Positions 55,391 to 64,000 of a stretch of DNA of 64,000 nucleotides are shown here, one piece after another. The DNA lies in assembly GCA_963845755.1 (NCBI GenBank), contig CAWJTV010000049.1, positions 88,741 to 152,740 of the forward strand, read 5' to 3'. Each line of letters begins with the position of its first letter. Within the stretch, counting starts at the first letter, position 1. The notes below the pieces were generated by a model. The model did no database searches and was not told the DNA's origin. It was given only the letters and a program-made list of their open reading frames with translations. A program made the position numbers and the translations under genes. The DNA is from an uncultured Planctomycetota bacterium (GTDB lineage Bacteria > Planctomycetota > Planctomycetia > Isosphaerales > Isosphaeraceae).

Positions 55391-58151
55391 TCAATCGCCG
55401 ATCAGCGCCGCTTCGACGGCCGTTGGTGTTTCCTCGGAACCGCTCTCAGGAGTCGCCTGGCCCTTCGACAGGCCGACGAGTCGCCGCTGCCATGCACGGA
55501 TCGTGAACCACAACATCCCGATGCTCAGGACGATGACAAACCCGTTCCAGACCGCCCCCCAGTGGCTCAGGGTCAGGTTGTCGTCCGTGATGCGCGTGGC
55601 GAGCACGGCGAGTAGCGAATCCGCGACCATGACGAACCCCCAGATCATGAAGATCGGCGCGTTGGACGCATTGCTCATGAACAGGTACAGCGGTACCCCG
55701 AGCGTCAGGAACACCGCCAGGCCGAGCGTGAGAGAGCGCGAGCCGGGGTCGCTCGATCGCGGTCGCGACGGCCAGGCCGAGGCTGACCGTCGCGGCCCCG
55801 TGCGCCAGGATGGTCGCGATCAGCAAGGCCACGTCGATCAGCCGATCGCCCAGGTGCACCGCTCCGATACGCTTGCTGCTGTCATCGGCCTCGACATACG
55901 TTATGGTCGGGGCGCCGGCAGCGGCGGTCGTGGCCTGCTGGACCATTCGGGGCTTCTCACGAGCCGTGGCCCAGGCGATGGAAAGGAGAGCCGGGCCGAT
56001 CGCCAGGAGCAAGACCAGACGAAACGCGTCCCACCACCTCCGCAGGATCAGTCCGCGTGGGTTGATCGTTGTGTCGGCCTCGAGCCATCGATCCGGCCCG
56101 GCAGGCCAGTGACCGGCCTCGCCGTCGGCAAGACCCTCCCGCGCAGGACCATGCGATTCTCCTCGAAGCGTGGCGGCGCACCGATGCATTCGCCATGCCG
56201 AGAGCGATGTCGCGGACAGGGTGCCCACCAGGATCAGGCCAACCGCGAGCAGGATGGAATACCCCAGGATCTCGATGGCCGAGGCGGCACGAAGCTCCTC
56301 CGAGAACATGCCCTCGCCGATCCCGATGGCCCAGGCGGCGATGGCCCAGACGAGCGAGCCGGCGCCGATCGACGCGGCCACGATCATGACCACCATGGCC
56401 TGGACCGGGAATCGCCACGGGCGATCGGAAATGCGATCGAAACAACCATCGATCGTCCGGACGGTCAGCCACAGCAGTCCCATCGCGAGGACCCAGACCT
56501 CGACGACCCAGTAGGTGCCCCACCAGAGGACGTCCCCGGCGATTCCAGCCCGATGGACCGTGAAAACATTGATCAAGGTCGTACACAGCACGACGGGGCT
56601 GAGGGTGGCCAGACCCATACCACGAAGGCCGTTCGCCATGGACACCATCATTGCGAAGAACGGCCACGCCATGAGGATCATCACAAACAGGCCGACGCTG
56701 ATGGCGATCGCCCGGCTCTGCCGCTTGATCCACACGGCCAGCGCCAGGCCGATGCTGGTGATCAAGGCACCGTGGCCGATGATCGTCGCCACCAGCACGA
56801 AGACGCCATAGATCCGGCTTCCGAGGCCGATCTCCCGGTAGAATTCCGGCGGCATGCCCGGCGAGACAGGGGAGTCGGAATTCGAACGGGCCGTGACCAT
56901 GGCCAGCGCGATCAATCCCGGGGCCAACGCGATCAAGACTCCCAGGCGAAACGTGCCCAGCCACTTGCCGACCACGATCGCCCGCGTCGAAAGTGCCGTC
57001 GCGGCCAGGATATCCAGGCTGCCCCGCTGCCGCTCCTCCGCCATCGACGTCGGCGCGACGGCGGACAGCATGAGCAGGCCGAAGAGGACATGGAGCACAT
57101 AAGAGATCATCCCCGCCGCGACCCATTCGCTCGCCGGCCCGTCACTCACCCCATCCTTCCAGATCGCGATCGCCCCGGTGATGCACAGGACTCCGGTGGT
57201 ACCCATCAGGCCGGTGAGCAGGATCACGATCCATCGGGAGGGACGCGAGCGATGCCACTCGCGCCAAAGCACGGGACTGTGGTCGAGCGACGGGCCCGGC
57301 AGCCACCGCGCGATCCGGCCCATCAGGCCGATCCGCGGCCCCCTGCTCTTCTCCGCCGTCCCCCGACAGGCAACCGGCCGTGTCTTCCAGACCGCCAGCG
57401 CGGCCAGCAACGCCGAGGCTCCCAGGGTCACACCGAAGAAGCCGAAATAGTCCCAGAACCCCAGCCGGTCCGGGACGGAATAGGGGGCGAACGCGACGTA
57501 GAACGGGTTCGCGAGTTGCGCCCACTCGGGCGGCGCGCTGATTCTCCCGGTGCTCGAGAAGCCCAACCAGATCGGATAGAACAGCATGACCACGATGAAC
57601 AGCGTGTAGGTCGCGATGATCACCTCATGCGACTTCCTCGCCCACACCGAGAGCGCCAGGGCCATCGTGCAGCCGAGCAGGGCGACGGCCACCATGGTCG
57701 CGAACGCCAGGACCAGCGCGACCGGATCAATCCCGCCCAGTAGCGAGCTGATCGCCATCACCGGCCAGGAGCAGGCGACCAGGCCCAGGACCGGCGTCAA
57801 TCGGGCGCCCAGCTTACCCAGGACGATCTCCGAGTCTGACAGATCCGTCATGAGCATATGCGCCAGCGTGCCGCGGGCGCGGTCCACGCAGATCGACCCG
57901 GCCGTCGCCGCCGGCGCGACGAGCATGACCAGGGTCAACTCCACGCCGATCAACGCGTAGAAGTACGCCTGGCCGAGGTACGCATAGTCTCGCTGCAAGT
58001 TCCCCGTCGTCGTCGGTAAGTTCGACAGCGCGATCGACGTCATGGCGAACAAGAGCGCGGCGACGCCCATCGCGCGGAGGGCATAAGTTTGCCACCGTCG
58101 TGAGTTGGCCACGCACTCGTAGAGGAAGACCGGTCCCGGGCCCCAACGCAT
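55391..58151 (-). CDS. ABC-2-type multi-module permease paralog G (frameshift near 55735)
   Basis: MRWGPGPVFLYEC start, ...EAALIGD end. Confidence 0.85.
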
Positions 58152-58164
58152 CACTCTTGCCCCC

Positions 58165-61091
58165 TCAATCGCCGATGAGGACCGCTTCGACGGCCGGTTG
58201 ATTGTCCTCAGCATCCGCCGAAATACGCGATTTCGCCCGGGAAATCTCGCGAGATTGGCGCCGCCACGCGCGGCCGGTCCACCACACGAGCCCGAACGCG
58301 CCGAGCGCCACGACGACGTCCCAGAAGAAGACCGACCAGAGGATGTCCCGGATGATGAACGACTCGCGGCTGGCCAGCGGTTCGAGCAACAACTGCGCGG
58401 CGATGACGAAACCCCAGGCGGCGGACTCCACCATATGACCGCGATTGGCGTTCATCAAAGCAAACGGCAACACGAAAGCCACCAGCAGGATGAAGCCCAG
58501 TCCGACCCCGAGAGCCCGTCTTGACCAGCCCTTGGCGATCGCCAGCGCCAGGCCGATTCCGACCGCCCCGGCTCCATGCACCAGGATGGTGACGATCAAC
58601 AAGACGGCGCCGATCAATCGATGGCCGAAGTGCACCGTCCAGGCAGGCTCGATGAGTTCCTCGGACCGGACATGCGTGACGACCGGGATGCCCGAGGCAT
58701 TGGTCGTGGTCTTGGCGATCGTCCGCGGGCGCTCGGGAGCCGTGGCCAGCGCCATCCCGAGTACGGCGGGGCCGCTCGCCAGCAGCAGGACCAGGCGGAA
58801 TGACTCCCACCACCGGCCCACGAGGAATCGCCAACCGGGGACAGTGAGGGCCTCGTCGAGAGCGTTCAACGGTTGAGTAGCGCACGCCCCGGGGCGATGC
58901 GAATCTACCCCCCCTGACTCCCCCTTCGTAAGGGGGGGACAAGAAAGGGGCCGGTCCGCCTCAAATTGTCCCCCCCTTACGAAGGGGGGATCAGGGGGGG
59001 TTCTTCGGGAGAGGACTTTGAGCGTGTGCAACACAAGTGTTAGGCGCCCTGGTATGTAGGGTGGGTGAAACCCACTAACGTCGGGCGCTTCTTCTCGGTG
59101 GGTTTCACCCATCCTCCAGAACGGTCGGACCCTTTCCAGGGCTCGCCGCGCGGCCCGTCGAGATCGACCGCTCCGACACCACAACGATCAGCACCAATCC
59201 AACCGCGAGAAAGAGGCAATAGGGCCGGACTCCCGCGGTTACCGGCCAGGTAACCGGGCCTCCCTCGATCCAGACACCGATGGCCCCGACGAGCGAGGCG
59301 GCGCCGATCATCCCGGCCAGGATCATGACCACCCTGGCGAGGACCGGGATTCGCGACGGTCGATCCGGGAAGGCGACCGAAACTCCGATCGAACGTCCGG
59401 ACCGTCAGCCACAACAGCCCCATCGCGAGCGTCGCGACCTCGACGGCCCAGAACGTGTTGCACCAGAGAATCTCGCGGCCCCACCCGGTCATCCGATTCG
59501 CGAAGAGACTCAGGAATCCGGCGCACGCCACAACGGAGCTGAGGGAAGCGAGGTCTCGGCCGAGCTTCGCACCGTCGTCGATGGCGATCGAGACGTAGAT
59601 CGGCCAGGCGGCGACGACCAGGACGAACAGGGCGACGCTAATGGCGATCGCCCGGCCCTGCCGCTTGATCCACACCGCCAGCGCCAGGCCGATACTGGTG
59701 ATCAGCGCGCCGTGGGCCAGGACCGTCGCGATCAGGCAGAGGACACCGCAGAGCCGAACCCCGAGCGTGATCTCCAGGTCGGGATCCGGCGTAGTCCCGG
59801 GCAGGTATGTTGACGTCTCCTCCGACCGGGCCGTGGCCATGGCCAGGGCGATCAAGCCCGGTGCGGCGGACAGGGGGACCGCCAGGCGAAACGTCCCCAA
59901 CCACTTGCCGACCACGATCGCCCGGGTGGAAAGCGTGGTCGCGGCCAGGACATCCAGGCTGCCGCGCTGTCGCTCCTCGGCCATCGACGTCGGCGCGATC
60001 GTCGACAACAGCAACAAGCCGAAGACCACGTGGAGGAAATAGGAGGTGATGCCCGCCGTCTCCCAGTAGGCTCCCGGGTGATCATCCAACCCGTTTCGCC
60101 ACATTGCGACGGCCCCGACGATGCAGAGGGCCCCGGTTGTCCCCATGAGGAGGGCGAGGAGCGCCGTCATCCATCGGGAAGGCCGCGACCGATGCCACTC
60201 TCGCCAGAGCACGGGATTGCGATCGAGCGACGGACCGGGAAGCGACCGCACGATCCGCCCGACCAGTCCAACCCGCCCTCGCTGATTCTCGACCGACCCG
60301 CGACAGGCGACCGGCCGCGTCCGCCAGACCGCGAGACCGGCGAATCCGGCCGAAGCTCCCAGCACCACGCCGAAGAAGACGAGATAGTCCCAGAAATCGA
60401 GCTTGCCCGGGAAGATATAGGGGGCGAACGCCACGTAGAACGGGTTGGCCAGGAGTGTCCATGACGGAGGTGGGACAACCAGCCCGCCGACCGACAAGGG
60501 ATACCAGATCGGCCAGATGAGCATCACCAGGATGAAGACGGTGTAAGTCGCCAGGATCACTTCGTGTGTCTTGCTGGCCCAGACGGAGAGCGCCAGGGCC
60601 ATCGTGCAGCCGAGCACGGCCACCGCGAGGATGATCGCGAACGCCAGCGTCAGAGCGACCGGGTCGATCCCGCCCAGTAGCGAGCTGATCGCCATCACCG
60701 GCCAGGAGCAGGCGACCAGGCCGAAGACCGGCAAGAGTCGCGCCGCCAGCTTGCCCAGCACGATCTCCGGGTCGGAGAGATCGGTCATGAGCATGTGCGC
60801 CAGCGTGCCGCGGGCGCGGTCCACGCAGATCGACCCGGCCGTCGCCGCGGGTGCCGCGAGCGCCACCAGCGCGAGCTGCACGCCGATCATGGCAAAGAAG
60901 TAGTTTCGACCGAGGTTCGCGTACTCTCCGTAGGTCCGGTACGAGTTCTGCGTCGCGTATCGCGAGGAAGCGATCGTCCCCATGGCGAACAGGAGCGCGG
61001 CAACGCCCGCCGCGCGGAGGGCATACGTCTGCCAACGTCGCGAGTTGGTCAGGCACTCGTAGAGGAAGACCGGTCCCAGGCCCCAGCGCAT
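58165..61091 (-). CDS. ABC-2-type multi-module permease paralog H (frameshifts near 59370 and 59150; carries palindromic insertions)
   Basis: MRWGLGPVFLYEC start, ...EAVLIGD end; extra sequence at about 58870-59150. Confidence 0.78.
58907..59001. repeat. Long inverted repeat (36-bp arms, 2 mismatches), MITE/REP-like, inside paralog H
   Basis: accccccctgactcccccttcgtaagggggggacaa ... ttgtcccccccttacgaaggggggatcagggggggt. Confidence 0.9.
59056..59117. repeat. GTAG-type REP doublet inside paralog H
   Basis: gtagggtgggtgaaacccact ... ggtgggtttcacccatcctcc; same family as 21628-21688. Confidence 0.8.
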
Positions 61092-61366
61092 GTCGGATCT
61101 CCGAAGCGAGCTCGCCCTTCCGGTGCGGAGGACGTCTCAAGCCTACCATCCACGACAATTGTACGCGAGTGGGTGGTGGCGGGTTCGACCGAGGCCGCTG
61201 GCAAGGCGGCCCGGAACGATTCACGCCGGTTCCCTCGCGCCGTGGAATTCGAGACCAGTCAGCTTGACGTCCCTGGACGGCCTGTGAGTCAATAGGGGGA
61301 TCGGCGGGTCGTGCAGACCCGCGGAGATCGTTCACGCAAGGGATCCGGCAGTTGATCGGAGGGACC

Positions 61367-62071
61367 ATGTCCACCATCGCACCGACACAACCACCGAGGA
61401 CGCCCGATCTGCTGGCATCATCCCTGTCATTTCTTCCCATCCCGGCCGGCCACCGTACGGTATTTCGGGGAGTGAGCCGAGAGGTCTACGAATCCCTGTC
61501 CGAGGCGATCAGTGAGGGTGGACACGTCCGCCTAGCCTATGATGGGAAGGACCTGGAGATCATGGTCATCAGCAACCTTCAGGAGTATCTGAAGGAACTG
61601 CTCGGCAAGTTCGTGGCCGCGGTGATCACATGGCGGAATATCGCGTGCCTGAGTTGCGGTGAGACGACCTGGCAATCGCCGCAGCGGGGGCTCGAGGCCG
61701 ATCATTCGTATTATTTCGATCGCGAGAAGATCCGGATGGCCCAGGAGGCCCTGGCCCGGAATTCGAAGGATCCGGCCGACTATCCCAAGCCCGACCTGGC
61801 GATCGAGATCGACGTATCCGGGCCCCAGATCGATCGCCCTGCCATCTATGCCGACCTCCGGGTCGCCGAGGTCTGGCGATTGGGCCGCAAGGGCCTGGTC
61901 ATCGAGCATCTCCAGCCGGACGGGTCTTATGCCCCGGTCGAGGCGAGTCGGTTCCTGGGAATTCGGGCCGAGGTGATCCTGGAGTGGCTCACCGCCGATG
62001 ACCGGTTCGACGAACCGGCCTGGAACCGCCGGTTGAATGAGTGGGCGATGGGATTGGGTCCACACCCATGA
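61367..62071 (+). CDS. Uma2 (DUF820) family protein
   Basis: RLAYDGKDLEIM, GLEADHSYY, PDLAIEIDVS, YADLRVAEVWR. Confidence 0.88.
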   Translation: MSTIAPTQPPRTPDLLASSLSFLPIPAGHRTVFRGVSREVYESLSEAISEGGHVRLAYDGKDLEIMVISNLQEYLKELLGKFVAAVITWRNIACLSCGETTWQSPQRGLEADHSYYFDREKIRMAQEALARNSKDPADYPKPDLAIEIDVSGPQIDRPAIYADLRVAEVWRLGRKGLVIEHLQPDGSYAPVEASRFLGIRAEVILEWLTADDRFDEPAWNRRLNEWAMGLGPHP

Positions 62072-62191
62072 GCGAGGCTGCGACGGGCACTAAGAATCGG
62101 CGGACCGGCCCCGTGGGTCCTCGCCGTCGCGGTGACGATCGCCACGTTCATGCCGATGATCGATAGGAGCATCGCCGACGTCCCTCCCGTC

Positions 62192-63952
62192 TCATTTACC
62201 GACGAGGATCGTCTCCTGCACCGGCGGCTTTCTCGCGGGACGCCTCACGAGCGGGGCACCGTGTTCGGGCATGCGACCGAGGCAGCGTTCGAAGGTTCGG
62301 ACGGTCAGCCACAGAAACCCCAGGGCCACGACGAGGGTACACACATCCCAGATCGTCGCCCACCACAAGAAGTCACGGGTTGAGTCACCGGGCCTGGAGA
62401 GGCTCGCGACGATCCCGAAGACGGTTACAATTGGGCTCAGTGCGGCGATGGCCTCGCCGAATCGACCGGAACCGAGGACCATCATCGGACATCCGATCGA
62501 AACGAGCGCGAACAGCGTCACGCTGATGGCGATGGCTCGGGACTGCCGGCGAATCCAGGTCGCGAGGATCAGGCCGAGGCTGACGATCGCCGCGCCGTGA
62601 ACGAGGATCGTGGCGAAGAGCAGGGCACAGGCATAAAGCCGCTCACCACCACGGAGTCGGTAGATGAACGGATTTTCCTTGTTCAAAGTGGGGCTCAGCG
62701 CCAGGGCCAGGGCCATCACCCCCGGACCAATCGCTAGCCAGGGGACCAGGTGAAAGGCGCTTAACCATTTTCCCCGGAGGATGGTCCACGACGACAGCGG
62801 AGTCGTCATCAGCACATCCAGGCTGCCGCTCTGCCGCTCCTCGGACAATGTCATCGGGGCCACGGCCGATAATACCAGGAGACCGAACGGGACGTAGAGC
62901 AAGTAAGGGTACGCTTCGGCTTCGAGAGAACGATACCATCGGAATTCGCCCCCCTCGTTCCAAAGGATGTACGCCTTCAAGACGCACGCCATCGTCGTCG
63001 AACCGAGGAGCAGCGCGAGCAATAAGGACATCCGAGGCGACCGCGTCCGATGCCATTCGCGCCAGAGGACCGGGTTGCGGTCGAGCGACGGGCCGGGCAG
63101 CCGTCGAACCATGCGACCGACCAGGCTCAGTTGTGGGGTGGTCTCCTGGCGGCCCTGGCTGCGGACCGCGACGGGCCGCGTCCTCCAGACGGCCAGCCAG
63201 GTCAGAACCAGCGAACAGCCGAGCGTTGCGGCGAGGAAAAGGGCGTACTCCTCCTGCCAGGCGATCGCGCTGAGAGTCCCGTACGGTAAGAAGGCCACGT
63301 AGAAGGGGTTGGCCAACAGCAGGAACTGGGATGAAGGCGTCGGTAGCCACGACATGCCGACCCCTTCCCAGAAGGGATACGCGAGCAGCATGGCCGCCCA
63401 GAAGGCATACACCGCCAGGACCACCTCGTACGGCTTCCGCGCCGAGATCGACAGCGCCAGGGCCATCGTGCAGCCGAGCAGCGCGACGGCCAGGATGACC
63501 CCGAACGCCAGGATCAACGCGATCGGGTCGATGCCGCCCAGCGACGTGCTGATGGCCAGCACCGGCCAGGAACAGGCCACCAGGCCCAGTACCGGCATCA
63601 ACCGCGCGGCCAGCTTGCCCAGGACGATCTCGGAATCCGACAGGTCGGTCGCCAGGACATGCTCGAGCGTGCCGCGCGCCCGATCCACGCAGATCGCCCC
63701 CGCCGTCGCCGCCGGCGCGACCAGCATCACCAGGGCCAGCTCCATGCCGATCATCGGGTAGAAGTACGACTCGCCGAGGTCGGCATACTCCTTCACCGAC
63801 CTCCCTTCCCACAGTGCGTCCTGGGATGCCGCGATCGTGCCCATCGCGACCAGCAAGGCCGCCACGCCGAACGCTCGGATCGCGTAGGTCTGCCGGCGCC
63901 GGGAGTTGGTCAAGCACTCGTAGATGAAGACCGGTCCCAGGCCCCAGCGCAT
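62192..63952 (-). CDS. ABC-2-type permease paralog I (short two-module form, intact)
   Basis: 586 aa, MRWGLGPVFIYEC ... ETILVGK; lacks the third module present in the other copies. Confidence 0.88.
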   Translation of the reverse strand: MRWGLGPVFIYECLTNSRRRQTYAIRAFGVAALLVAMGTIAASQDALWEGRSVKEYADLGESYFYPMIGMELALVMLVAPAATAGAICVDRARGTLEHVLATDLSDSEIVLGKLAARLMPVLGLVACSWPVLAISTSLGGIDPIALILAFGVILAVALLGCTMALALSISARKPYEVVLAVYAFWAAMLLAYPFWEGVGMSWLPTPSSQFLLLANPFYVAFLPYGTLSAIAWQEEYALFLAATLGCSLVLTWLAVWRTRPVAVRSQGRQETTPQLSLVGRMVRRLPGPSLDRNPVLWREWHRTRSPRMSLLLALLLGSTTMACVLKAYILWNEGGEFRWYRSLEAEAYPYLLYVPFGLLVLSAVAPMTLSEERQSGSLDVLMTTPLSSWTILRGKWLSAFHLVPWLAIGPGVMALALALSPTLNKENPFIYRLRGGERLYACALLFATILVHGAAIVSLGLILATWIRRQSRAIAISVTLFALVSIGCPMMVLGSGRFGEAIAALSPIVTVFGIVASLSRPGDSTRDFLWWATIWDVCTLVVALGFLWLTVRTFERCLGRMPEHGAPLVRRPARKPPVQETILVGK

Positions 63953-64000
63953 GACGGATCTCCGACGGACCCTGCTCCTCTCGGCGGGAAAGCCAGTGTT

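Noticed and set aside
61927..62172. Small ORF after paralog I (MLLSIIGMNVAIVTATA...) as a truncated extra paralog
   Set aside because: Only vague similarity to the YAIIGVELTLV segment, and it runs antisense into the Uma2 gene.
38472..63952. Diversity-generating retroelement or invertase shufflon driving the array's variability
   Set aside because: No reverse transcriptase, no adenine-specific TR/VR pair, no recombinase gene and no inverted cassettes are visible; all copies are full genes on one strand.
1..64000. tRNA, rRNA, prophage or known anti-phage defence genes
   Set aside because: None recognisable by eye apart from the VapBC-type TA pair.

Overview
GC-rich bacterial window, most likely a planctomycete (inferred from the LESLEDR-type N-terminal motif, the TPR Ser/Thr kinase plus ECF sigma factor, and the Uma2 genes). 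The left part is mostly housekeeping and envelope genes: pcm end, rdgB, rph, argB-argD-argF, a VapBC-type TA pair, metH, Uma2, mlaE/mlaD-like genes, glycosyltransferases, an intact 1.7-kb IS with terminal inverted repeats, a kinase / Gly-rich protein / ECF module, hisA and an EF-G paralog. The most unusual feature spans 38.5-64 kb: a head-to-tail array of nine paralogous, large multi-module ABC-2-type membrane permease genes, with a tenth copy at 12.8 kb directly upstream of mlaE and an mlaD-OmpA fusion. No ABC ATPase is present in the window. The copies have conserved membrane scaffolds, variable loops, mosaic relationships, a shared C-terminal peptide, and palindromic elements inserted in one loop. 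Many genes, including housekeeping genes, carry 1-2 nt frameshifts that are best explained as long-read consensus errors, so split ORFs were merged into single genes. All calls come from reading motifs by eye; no database search was run.
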